Made by a program: the position numbers and the translations under genes
Source of the DNA: Octopus vulgaris
Lineage: Eukaryota
DNA: 64,000 nt
Direction: 5' to 3'
Assembly: GCA_951406725.2 (NCBI GenBank)
Contig: OX597815.1
Coordinates: forward strand, 36,394,001-36,458,000
Shown: one piece after another, positions 13,568 through 25,515 of the stretch
Position numbering within the stretch: position 1 is the stretch's first letter
How the letters are laid out: every line of letters begins with the position of its first letter
Notes under the pieces: model-generated
Seen by the model: only the letters and a program-made list of their open reading frames with translations
The model's database searches: none
What the model was told of the DNA's origin: nothing

Positions 13568-14115
13568 CAATACTAGGCAGTGGCCCTCATGATTTCTGAT
13601 CTTAACTGACTGGAGGTGTTATCATGTACATTGTTTTGTCTTGGTATAAAAGATGGTCTACAGTAAATATTCTACTCCATATCACAGACTTGCCTGTCAG
13701 TTGATTGATCTTATTCAGTTGAGCATGTCCCTTAGTGACTGACGATATGTGCATCTCTGATCACGAGCAGAAATAGTAGGGGAGCATCATAGTCATGTGT
13801 CGAGAAGAATTCTTTGGGGTTTCAATTATTCATCTCTAGAAACATGGATGTTTCGTTCATCATCCTTAAACAAACTTTATTCAGAGACCTTTTGAGTGGG
13901 ATGGGCTACTCAACCTGAAGAAAATTCTAACTGGGCCCCCACCTGCAAGTTCATGCACTGTTTATCTTGATATAAGATTACCATGTCACCTACATGTAGT
14001 TGTGAAGCATGTGCTTGGTGTACTCTTATCAGATGGGTAGTCACCATCGGTATATTGGGCTTTGTATAATTGTACCCCAGTATCACTTTGATGGCATGCA
14101 CTGATTCTCACTCAA
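13568..14115 (+). mobile_element. About 550-bp non-coding element inserted in an (AAT/AAC)n microsatellite
   Basis: Sharp compositional block between (AAT)(AAC)n at 13520-13566 and (AGT)(AAT)n at 14115-14139. No ORF and no TIR. Probably a non-autonomous retroelement; strand is inferred. Confidence 0.5.
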
Positions 14116-14139
14116 TAGTAGTAGTAGTAGTAATAATAA

Positions 14140-14632
14140 GAAAAGGTCACAGAAAACGAGAAAGCAACCATACTCTGGGATATGCCAATACACACAGATA
14201 GAGAAATTAAGGCCAACAGACCAGATCTAGTTGTCAGAGATCACGAAGAAAAAAAATGTTTTCTAATTGATGCATCAATACCAGCGGATGACAACGTGTC
14301 TCTAAAAGAAATGGAGAAACTTTCAAAATATAAAGACCTGGAAATAGAGGTAACCAGAATGTGGAATCTAAAAACAGAAACAATTCCTATCATAATAGGT
14401 GCATTAGGCATGATAAAAAAATATTCAGACAAATACATAACAAAAACATATAACATACAGAAAATTGCACTACTAGGCACTGCACACATCCTACGCAGAA
14501 CACTTTCCATACAATAACCATCAGAGCATCACAACAAATCACAGCACATACCCAAGGCACACAGAGCTGTGCTCGGTAGTGAAGTGAAAGCACAATATAA
14601 AAAATATGCTACATAATAATAATAATAATAAT
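14140..14632 (+). mobile_element. Younger 5'-truncated R4/Dong non-LTR copy: restriction-like endonuclease domain, 3' UTR and (AAT)n tail
   Basis: Open frame KVTENEKATILWDMPIHTDREIKANRPDLVVRD..CFLIDASIP..EKLSKYKDL..IPIIIGALG..IQKIALLGTAHILRRTL, which contains the RLE PD..D..K motif and ends at 14517. About 100 bp of UTR follow, then (AAT)n. Confidence 0.92.
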
Positions 14633-16734
14633 AGGTACTATGCCAAGTTGTAGGAAATATCAACAAATCTGACCATATAAAAAGAAGAATACATATAGAT
14701 ATATTGCAGTAAAATACCCAACTGAAAAGTTTTTAGCACTGGGGGTGGGTGTAAATGGATTGGTTAGAAATTCCAACTTTCTGTTATAAGAAAGTAACTT
14801 AACAATTAACAAATATATAGACAACCTCAGCAAGAATGATGGCACAAGGTAAAACTACTCTGTGTTTGAAGGACCTAAACAAATGCAACACAGCTGACTA
14901 TTTTAAACTGCTATGTCTCCCAACAATGTGGAAGTTACTGACAGGTATAATAGCTAATGCTACACATAAATATGCAGACAGCCAAGATATATAATATCAC
15001 TAGAGCAGAAAGGATGCCAAAGATAATAGAATACTTAGAGAGATGGCAGGGATAACATAGGATATAAAAAGAAAAAAGTTAATTGAAAGAGTGTGAATAA
15101 ATGGAAAACAAAATTAAGCTATTCTGGTGAAGGGGGCGGAAGTATTAAGATGAATGGAGGAATCTTTCAACTTGTTCGTTTTACCTCTGAAATTTTATAT
15201 ATGTGTAATACTTTTAACGTTGCTACTAAGTACGGTAGGGAACATGTATATAACTAAAGGCAATCGTTCTTATGAATGATTTGAAACAGAAACTTTTTGC
15301 AAAGAAGACCATATAGATACTTTAGTACAAATATGGGTGTAGGGAAAATATTGAGATGGAATTGTATTTTGTTGTTTTTTTTTGTTAAAATGTGGAGTTT
15401 AATAATAATGAAAGGAAAAGCAACTAGAAAATAATAGGATACAATTACAAGAGGAGGAAATCATAAAATATAGAGATACAAAGGCCAACAGTATAAGAGT
15501 CAGAGTAGATAAAGGTAACTTTCATGTATATGTTTTAGAAGGAAATACTTTGAGAAGGTTAAAATTAGTAATTAAAGCTAAACCAAATGATAAAAATAAT
15601 ATTCTAACCACCAACACATGAATTATATCTTTCATGATATAACAGAAGAGTCCTAAAATGGAATAAGGAAGAGATTAGTTTAGATAAGAACTTACCACTA
15701 ATCCCTTTAAAAGGGATACCCATATATGGAATATTACACCCTTTAGTATATTATCAAGATCTATATAGTAAGAATAAGAGTACAGAGAATAATAATTAAT
15801 TAGCTGCTAAGAATATGTATAAAGTGATAAAAATAGTGCAGCATAAGCATGTAAGAAAGAGTATAAAATTATTGTTGGAAGGGATTAGGGGAAGATGAAA
15901 GAATTATAGTAGCAAGAGAATTAATACCAGGCAAGAAAAGAAAATATAGGACTTATTTTTTTAAGGAGCTAGAGAAATGAATGGATCTCAATTAATCAAG
16001 GTCAAGGATAAGAAATCAAACCTGAGGCACTCAGCTGAAGAGCTGGCATTGGCTGTACAGGCCCGGAGAAAAAAACATAAAACAAAACTACAACTAGCTT
16101 GTATAGACAAACCTACCGAATCTCTTCAGTTTAAAATGTGCAAAAGGTAAAACAAAAAGAAGGTTGAAGAGCAACACAACTGAGAAAGCACAATGAATTA
16201 GCTTGAAAAATACAGTAGTAGGGTCTCCCTTGTGTGGAAAGTGTTAATGAGAATGAACAGAAAAATGGTACAAACATCAACCACACAGTTTAAGGATATC
16301 AAAATCTATTAAGATGTTACCATCCAATATCCCTAAGATTCATTAGTGTAATTGTGAAATCAATGAGGAGTATTTAGCATTGTACCACATGGGGGACATT
16401 AAAATTGAGATCATGGAAGATGAAGATTAGATGGAAGATAATTGGGATATGAAGCAGGTGGTGGCAAGTAGGTAGTCAGTAAAGATAATGGTGTTAGGAT
16501 CTTTAGATAATTAAATTAGAACGAAATATCTCTAAAAGTCTACTTTATTAACAGAAGCAAGACAATAAGATTTTGATTAAATGCTAAATAAAATATAAAA
16601 AGTTTTAAGACACAGAATTTACTCCTACAGACAGTAAGATGTAGTTTAAAGATTCTTGAATCAAAAAAGGGAAAAAATTATAATAAAAATACTAATGTAG
16701 ATGATGGTGATGATTTCTGATGATAATAATAATA

Positions 16735-16880
16735 ATAGTTTCTGATTTAAGTACAAGGTCAGCAATTTTAAGGGAAGGCATTAGTTAGTACCACTGACAC
16801 CAGTATTTGACAGGTACTTTATTTTGTTGACCACAAAAGGATGAAAGGCAAAGTTGATCTTGGTGGGATCTGAACTCAGA

Positions 16881-16923
<43 letters not shown>

Positions 16924-16965
16924 CCTTCCTACTAATGACACAAGGTCTGAAATTTGTGGGGAGGG
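16735..16965 (-). mobile_element. Two partial family B-variant SINEs separated by (AAT)n
   Basis: aaaggatgaaaggcaaagttgatcttggtgggatctgaactcagaa, then (AAT)n at 16885-16923, then ccttcctact..cacaaggtctgaaatttgtggggaggg. Confidence 0.7.
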
Positions 16966-17166
16966 GGGCAGGGGCTGAAAAGTTCCTGGCTTTGGATAAA
17001 AGAAAATACTGGAGGATCAATTATGATTTTATGCAACATATTTTTCCCCTGGATTCACACACTTATTGCAGTGGTCCTTCAGTAAAAGGACTCAAGAGGT
17101 TGGGCCTCTAACCAGGCTTTTCACAATACTCTCAAAGCCAGGAACTTTTCAGCACCCCCTCATGTA
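16961..17166. mobile_element. Tc1/mariner-type MITE (about 200 bp)
   Basis: Inverted termini GCTGAAAAGTTCCTGGCTTTG / CAAAGCCAGGAACTTTTCAGC(ACCCCCTCATGTA), with TA at the right end. The left tip is degraded. Confidence 0.8.
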
Positions 17167-20159
17167 CATAGATATAAATGGAACAGCTATGTAAGAACAA
17201 ACCAAACATGAAAAACAGATGCAACATGCCCTGACAATCCCACTGCAACACATATGGCCCAAAAACTGCCTGCCGTCGTGGTTTCAGTGAAGATGGATGT
17301 ATAGCATATTCTGATGTTGACTTATGGGGTGCTCCTAACAACAATAATGACTAACACGATTGGAATTTTCTGCAGATCAGATCTCCATCATAAGGGAAAA
17401 TATCAGCTGACATGTTAATACCAACAACACTACATGTAGAAAGGCTGGATCTGTGAATAAGTAAATATTAAGTTAGAAAGAGAAAATAGCTGAATCGAGC
17501 ATACAGGCATGGAGAATGAAGGGGTAGTGAAAATAAGAAGTCTTTGAAGATTGTGAATGGAAATGGTCCGAATAAGAGAGGAAGCCAGGAGTTCTACAGA
17601 ATCAAATGCTAAAAGAATGATATAAAAGTACATAGTGATAATATGTATCAGAGCTGATATCAGCAAATTTAGCTGACAGCAACTCATATTTATAGTTCTA
17701 CCAGCAATACCAAATAAACTTTCCAACGAAACAAAGAGAGACTACAATTTCTCACCGTTGATCCATCCAGTAGAACAACTGGCACATCTTTGCTTCATCA
17801 TTAAGATTTATATAAAAAAATATATTAAAGCTCTAATACGATGCCACAAACCTTCACTTTAAATGTGATGTTCTAGGATTCCCTTGACGATGAAAGACTT
17901 CTAACACTAGCCTCATGTTAGTTCTGACTAACCAGACCTACAATCAAAGATGAAGTGTTTTCCACTAGACATCTAAAGTCATATCATCCAATGTGGACTT
18001 CCTTGGTTTATCATAATATCAGTTAGTGCTAATCTTCAAATTTGTCCTTAATTTTATTCTTTGTTTCTTAAAAAAAAAAAAGCAAAAAATAAAAAAGACA
18101 TTCATTAAATCCATTAAATCCTTACCTGATACCAGGTAAGAATTTAATTTTATGAAGAAAATTTGTATAAATTATGGCCACAAAATGTATAGGTAACACA
18201 TTGGTCCTAGGTGCTAAGATGTAGCATCCAGTGCTCCAGTATGGCCACAGTCAAACGACTGAAACAAGTAAAATATGTATACACACACATGCATGCGTGT
18301 ATGTGTGTGTAGGTGTGCACCTAAAAATTATACTAAACTCATAGGGATCTAAGTTTGTTACACAAGTTCACTACCTGGTTATTTTACTTCACAGAAATTT
18401 GAAGACATGTCCAAAACTTCAAGAATGCACTCTGACAGACAGACTGACTGGAAAGTCTGCACTCTTAAATCAGTCCTACTCAAATTTATAGATCAAAGAC
18501 AGTCAAGCCATGATCATCATCTTTCTTTATGAACAGTATACCTCAATGAAATTTCTGATATGTCCTCTTAAGGCAACGGTGTAATTTGAGGAGGGCTTGA
18601 TTATTTCAAGCAGGTCAAGCAACCATGTAGAGTATCTCCTGTCTGCATGTCCCATTCTATGTTGCCATACTATATGACTAACTAATGACCCAATAAAGAT
18701 GACACAACATTTATACTTCAATATATTCACAGGCCACAGTTATAGCTGACATCTTTATGCTAATATTTGTACAATTCAACAATAGCCACCTTCCTTAGAG
18801 GTTGGTGCAAAACTATTTGAAGAGTGAGATAGTCAAGAAGAGATTAAGTCAATGCTTGTCTGGATCCCACTGTAATTCTGAGTAATAACAAACTCACACA
18901 CATTTTAATATCTATCTGAAAGGTAAAAATTATTTTTAAAAATCTGAAAAATTCAGAAATTCCTGTTTTATTTATTTATTTTTAAAAATTTCAAACAAGA
19001 TTTAAAGAGATTTAATTTTCTTTAACATAGCACAAATTATTTATGATTTATCATGAAATTATTTGGATAGTTATAGAAGCTTAGCAAATAAATTGACAGA
19101 ACTCATGATATTAAGTACTAAATGTGGCCATGCTGGAGCATGGTCTATAATGCTAAAAATGACTGAAAACAGTAAAATAAACAAAAGAATCCAAAATGGA
19201 AAACAAACAAACAAACAAAACTGTTATAAACATTAGAATCCTTGAACTTGATTAGAAATGAAGTGCTAATAAAACACTAAGATTATATACTTAATCAGAA
19301 TCAAAAATCTATTCATAATAAATTTGCAATTCATATAGACTTTCTGGACATTTATTTTTAATTCATAACCCACATAGCCATTCATAGTAACTATTGGTCA
19401 CATTCTAATAAGTAGCCTGCCACTACAAATGTTTAACAACTTAGGAAAAATAAGATTGCAAATCTTTGCATTTTCCAAATTAATGCCTGTGTAAATAAAT
19501 CTCATGCAATCTATATTTCTATCTATCTTTCTTGGTGTTGCTATCATAGAGTACATGTTACAATAACAGGAACATTCAGATAAGCAAAACTTAATCAGCC
19601 ATAAGTGCAGCAAAACAAAGTGACTCAATTTGAATTCCATGTTGTTAAGAAAACCATTTTTCTAACCAAAGAAGGCTTAATTTCACAGCAAGAGTAAATC
19701 CATAGGGACATAACTTTGTATGCATATTTATCAAACCATTTCCCAATGATAATTAAAGTTTTAATTCCATTTTCTCAATAACATGAACCAGTTCCCTAAG
19801 CCTTATTTTTCAGAATTTGTACTTTTAAAAAAAATACATATTTGATTGACAAGCTTTGTTCTGACAAATTTGCCTGGAGACAAATGCCTTTCCACCTGTT
19901 TTATGTTCAAACTGACCAGATCCAATCTCTCACACCTACTCAATGTCATTCGAAAAATAAACAATCACCTCATTGAAATCTTGAAGCTACAAGATAATAC
20001 ATGATTAATTCAAAATAATGTGAATGAATAAGTATTAAATTTGACAGAATCTGAATGCTAACTTTACATCTGCCTATTATCAATAAAATAAGTATAGACA
20101 ATTTAATTCTTTCTACCTTGCCCTCTCAAATTTGTGGCCTCATGCCACAAATAAATATC

Positions 20160-20503
20160 AAATGGAAATTGTAGTTGTGATACCTGTGCCAGTGGCACAT
20201 AAAAAGCACCATCTGAATGTGGCTGATGCCAGTGCCACCTTGACTGGCTTCTGTGCTGGTAGCATGTAAAAAGCACCAACTGATCGTTGTTGCTGCCAGC
20301 CCCACTGGCACCTGTGCCGGTGGCACGTAAAAAGCACTCATTACACTCACGGAGTGGTTGGCATTAGGAAGGGCATCCAGCTGTAGAAACACTGCCAGAT
20401 CAGACTGGAGCCTGGTGCAGCCTCCTGGCTTCCCAGACCCTGGTCGAACCGTCCAACCCGTGCTAGCACGGAAAACAGATGTTAAACGATGATGATAATG
20501 ATG
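20160..20503 (+). mobile_element. Family C element with internal tandem units of about 60-67 bp and a (GAT)n tail
   Basis: Three GTGCCRGTGGCACGTAAAAAGCACC-type units, then GGAGTGGTTGGCATTAGGAAGGGCATCCAGCTGTAGAAAC..CCGTCCAACCCGTGCTAGCACGGAAAACAGATGTTAAAC(GAT)n. Confidence 0.9.
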
Positions 20504-21348
20504 CCACTGTTAAAAAAAAATCAATATTTATATACATACTAGCTATGATAGGATGAGAAAGTATGAAATTATTCAATTCTGGCTAAGCTGGAGCATTTTG
20601 AATGCACAGCATGAGGAAATTAGAGCAAAATAAAATGGCTCTAAATTCTACAAGCCTTTTTGTGTTTTCAACCAATACAATCAGTAGTTTTCTCAGACAG
20701 CCAACTTTTACATATATATATTTTCCAAGATTTTTATAGAACTCCAAGCACTTTTTAGCACTCTTAGCATCTATGTAAAAAAATATTTGGAGCCTGAATA
20801 TGATTGTAAATAAAGAATAAATAGACACAAGTTACTGCTTCTATTCAACATGGAGAATGTATTACAAAATTGTTGGCATATAAAAATGTGGGAGGAAGAG
20901 TAACAGTTATATAGATGCCGAGACTTGTGATGGTGCCTGACTAATCATTAGCAATGAAGTGCAGAGTGACAGTAAATATTTGAACTAGATATTTGAGGTA
21001 CATTATCAAGTGCTGTATCACAATCACAGAGTGATTCAGCCTGAAAGTTTATACCATTTTAAATATGAAGAAATAACAACAAGAGACTTGTTAGCAATTA
21101 ATATGGCCAGCGCTATTATGTCAAATAATGTTACTGAAATTACTTGGAAGCAGAAAGTTGAACACATGAGCTGACATTTCTAGTGGAGTGCCATTATGGG
21201 GTATGGAGTGATATTAACTTAGATTGAGGCAGTTTAATTTACTTGACATGTCTGCTGCCTTTGTCTAAAAACGGAGCAGAAATATCTCCAAAATTTAACT
21301 GGGGGATGAGGATGAATAAAATGCAATTTTTAAAGACAGAAATACCCT

Positions 21349-21349
21349 A

Positions 21350-21391
<42 letters not shown>
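21349..21391. repeat. (CA)n microsatellite
   Basis: Directly visible. Confidence 0.97.
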
Positions 21392-21394
<3 letters not shown>

Positions 21395-22499
21395 GTTAAA
21401 GCTAATTCTATTGCTATTTCGGTCGAAAAGAGAAATAGATCCAGTACATTTCCTGTTTTCATTACAAATACATTTAACTGATGCTGCAGAAAAATAAAGC
21501 TAGACCTTTTCACTGGAATTTGTCTTGTTTTTTTCGTAACCACTCTGGAATGCCATACTATGAACAAGGACGAAGGATGACAATGTCATAGAAATATGGA
21601 GAAGACACAAAATTATTTCACTATAACAGAAACAATAATCTAAGAGCATTCATTTATGATGTGGAGTAAGTTAATGGTTAGAGTTTATTTTAGCCCTATT
21701 CTTAAACTCAATTATAATTATAAAAAAAAAGATAATAGACATTACAAGCAGCAATTTGAGACAAAAAAGAGTATTTTGTCTTCTGATGGGACATATTGAA
21801 TCTGTTATCTTCTTTTCGGCTTTGAATAACTGTTTATAAATGATTAGACATATCTAATCATTTATATTTAAATCTTAGCAGCTAATTCTTAATTAGTACC
21901 AATAATTGGGTCCTTAAGATACTTGATTAGTACTGAACCAAATGTCATCACTGTAAGTTTATCTAATAACAGTAGAATTTGAATTTATAATCTCTGTCAA
22001 GGAGGATCATAAGTTTTTCTGACTTAGCTTTTATTAATTCATTTCTTGTGATTCAATCAACACTTAGCAAGAATTAGGAATAATTAGTGTGTTGATGGGG
22101 TGGAGTAGATCTGTAATATTATTGAGTAACTGTCGAACTGAACTTGTGCAAGATATTTTATGACATATTTCCTGTCTATGCTAAATGCTTCTACATGCCA
22201 GGAAGTATGCTGCAGATTAATTATTCCAGCTTTTCAATGTTTAAATGTGAAGCGATATCCCTTTCTTTGGATAGGAACACCAGTGTATCAAATTCAACAT
22301 TATTAAATAATCAAATACTCATCAATTAAAAAAAAATTCTCCTTCCTGCCTACAAAACTTGAGCTGTACTTCCACATAGAACCTATTTACAAAAAAGGAG
22401 TCTTAACAACTGAGGATTAAAAAAACAACCACAACGCAGTGACACAAAGTGAATGTCCAAAAACCTATCAACTTAACCACACACATTTTCCCACCTAGG

Positions 22500-22908
22500 A
22501 TATGTTTCTTTATTACCCACAAGGGGCTAAACATAGAGGGGACAAACAAGGACAGACAAATGGATTAAGTCGATTATATCGACCCCAGTGCGTAACTGCT
22601 ACTTAATTTATCGACCCTGAAAGGATGAAAGGCAAAGTCGACTTCGGTGGAATTTGAACTCAGAACATAGCGGCAGACGAAATACCTATTTCTTTACTAC
22701 CCACAAGGGGCTAAACATAGAGGGAACAAACAAATGAATTAAGTCGATTACATCGACCCCAGTGCATAACTGGTACTTAATTTATTGACCCCAAAAGGAT
22801 GAAAGGCAAAGTCGACCTCAACGGAATTTGAACTCAGAACGTAACGGCAGGTGAAATACAGCTACGCATTTCGCCCGGCATACTAACGGTTCTGCCAGCT
22901 CACTGCCT
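22500..22908 (-). mobile_element. tRNA-derived SINE family B, partial tandem dimer
   Basis: Full copy 22686-22908 with head TGGCAGAA..GAGTTCAAATTCC, plus a copy lacking the 5' ~50 nt at 22500-22685. Flanked by ttttcc(c/t)acctag on both sides. Confidence 0.92.
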
Positions 22909-22935
22909 TTTTCCTACCTAGTATAACTATTAAAA

Positions 22936-23232
22936 AGGTGCAAGTATAGCCATGCAGTTAAGAAGTTTGCTTTGAAACTATGTGGTTTCAAGTTTGATCC
23001 TATACATAACACAATGGGTAAGTGTCTTCATCAGTAGACTCTAGTTGGCCAAAGCTTTGTGAAAATAATTTGGTAGATGGAAATTATGCAGAAGGTTGTC
23101 ATTTATATATAACTTAGAGAATTATTACAGATCAATAAAACAATAAGTACTGGAATCAATATGATCAACTAAAACCCTTCCAGGTGGTGCCTTAGCAAAA
23201 CCACAGTCCAATGATTCCAATCAGTAAAAGGA
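22936..23232 (+). mobile_element. Old decayed family A-related SINE
   Basis: aggtgcaagtatagccatgcagttaagaagtttgc..aagtgtcttc..tttggtagatggaaa..ccacagtccaatga..cagtaaaag. Confidence 0.7.
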
Positions 23233-25344
23233 TAAAAAAAAATATGATAAACTGACTAATTATACATACTAACTTAATATAGCAGTTACCATCTTCTGTC
23301 TAATTCTATCACTATACAACGACAATTCATTTTCAAGGTGAAATTTACGGAAATAATTATGAATATTAATATGGACATCATTTAACCAAGGTAAACTATG
23401 ATAGAGAATAAAACAAACAGAAAAAAGAAAAGAAATTTATGAAATAAATGCAATGGTTTGAGAACTAAAGCTGTAAAAAAAAAAAAACTAATAATAAAAA
23501 CAGGCACTTCTGAAATTTGAGTGGCAATCAAAAGATTCATGTCTGCAAGAGGCAAAAAAGGAAGAAAGGAAAGAAATTCAGGCAGACAGTACATAAGCAA
23601 CAAAAAAGTAAAGAAAGTAAAAATAAAGGAAAGAGAAAAAAGAAATCAAAGAAAACCAGAATGAAAACAAAATGGAAAGTTTGCCAAATAAAAAACTAGT
23701 TTATAAGAAGCTAGATTGTTGTATCATTAATAGTGTGTCATCATTGGTTGGATGTAAGCTTTATCCTGCTGGCAAAACTAAGATGACTTTGCAAGATCTC
23801 TACATGTATCTTCTTGATTGCATCATAGCTTCTTTGAGACTCAATGTTCTCTGTTGTATCTAGACACTTGGAGATGCAAAAACCAAAGATTTTATTCAAT
23901 CTTAAGAACATGCAAACTTGAGTTAATAGTTAAATTGATATGTGGAAAGAAGCAATACAGAAGTGAATGAAGACAAGAAGTACAGGACCACAGTGAATGA
24001 TGGATTAGAAACACAATCACAACATTCTCAGTTCTATTTTAGTTATATCTTCATTAGTCCGTATCTAACATAAGTTCGTTCTTCCACTAACTCTCAACAC
24101 CTTTTCACCCAACACATGTACCATCCATTTAGATGACATTAACTAAATGAACGTAATCATCTTTTGCACACATCTACCAACATCTAACCACTTTCTCAAG
24201 CAACTGAAGCTCAATGTTTTTTCTTAAGTTAATACCATATATTCAAAGGGACATGCCCTTCTTCCATTCACTTATAGGGCTTCTATATTCATGGATCATT
24301 TCTCACATCTATTTAACATAACACATCTAATATATATTTCATATCTGGTATTAGAGTTTCAGGAGAAAAAAAGAACAAAAATATTAAAAAAACCCAGAGA
24401 AAGAGGGAATAGAACAATTAGTTTGGTGGCTTGTGGAATCAAGACTGGATCTTTTCACACAAGAATAAAGTTTATGAATGGGTGAACTGACAGGTGATAA
24501 ATGATAATGGAATTGAAACATATGACAAAATCCTCAAACATTCAAGTATAACCAACAGCTGATGCTTCTATGTAAACTGTACATCACTGCATCCTTTCTT
24601 TCTGCATGGCTTAACTACTATTTGGAGTTTAGCTAGTGAAAGAATCAACTTGTTTCATGCAATAGTCAAATGTAAAAGTTTAGATTGTAGGCTTTTGATA
24701 GCTAAATATTAGAATAACATGTCCACAATAACGAGAGGATTATTGCAAGAAGAAAACCGGATATATAATAAATTTTATACTGAACACCTTATTTCTATCT
24801 GCATATCTTGTGTTGGACCTGTGAACAATTCTGTGATTCAAAGCCACAGGTCAGCATGAGCGTCTCAACATACACATCAAACTAATTCAGCAGAAAGATA
24901 ACAGTGAGAAAAATCAATTTTCTTTCATTGATACATTGATTTTTAAATAAAATTGTGATTGACAGAACTGACAAATATAATAGCAAAATATTGGCTAGAA
25001 AAATGTAGAGGATGGAGTTTTATACTTTGTTGCTGTTATTGTTATTGCATATAATCAGATATCTTGCATAATGGTATGCCTCACCTAAGTCTGAGGACCA
25101 TGCTGTACATTCCATTAGTTGTGAAATGTAGTTTAATATATTGAATATACAGAATACAATTTGCTGTCCAGAATATTTTAAGTATAAGTCAGTTAAGATA
25201 TGTTATCTCTTCTTTATCTCAATTCTTCTGGGAAATACCTTTATCACTACTTCCTCCACTTGATATTATTAACTTGTAGCAATATTTTAAATTTATTCAT
25301 ATGTAAAAACGATGAAAACTATAAAACAAAAAAAGACAATTTAA

Positions 25345-25515
25345 TGGAGTGGAACTTGTAAAAGAGGAAAACTTTTCAGGGAACGTGGAAAGAAACACAT
25401 GTTGAACTCAGAAAGCTGAATGTCATGAAGGAGATGACAAAGAATTACAATAAGTGACGAGATGCTGTGCTGGAGAATACATACAAACCTGGAAAAACGA
25501 ATGTTAAATGGCAAC
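25345..25515 (+). mobile_element. RTE-clade LINE 3' end fragment
   Basis: SGTCKRGK/TWKETHVELRKLNVMKEMTKNYNK*RDAVLENT resembles the RTE ORF end (GRPRKTW..DL..MT.DR..WR.AV). It is followed by tggaaaaacgaatgttaaatg. Confidence 0.6.

Larger units (their letters stand above)
12930..16650 (+). mobile_element. Old, heavily decayed R4/Dong-clade non-LTR retrotransposon hosting nested insertions
   Basis: RT-domain remnant MMAQGKTTLCLKD..CLPTMWKLLTGIIAN../SLEQKGCQR (14836-15025) and post-RT remnant LRRLKLVIKAKPNDKNNILTTNT (about 15550-15620), both typical of R4/Dong ORFs. The coding strand is A-rich, with many stops. Confidence 0.72.

Noticed and set aside
14182-14517. 111-aa ORF as a stand-alone nuclease gene
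   Set aside because: It is the 5'-truncated C-terminal RLE domain of an R4/Dong retrotransposon, with no own start context, RT or zinc finger.
20182-20340. CRISPR-like repeat-spacer pattern (also 27005-27195 and 33220-33650)
   Set aside because: The spacers are homologous to each other, the context is eukaryotic, the family C arrays are internal to a dispersed element, and there are no cas genes.
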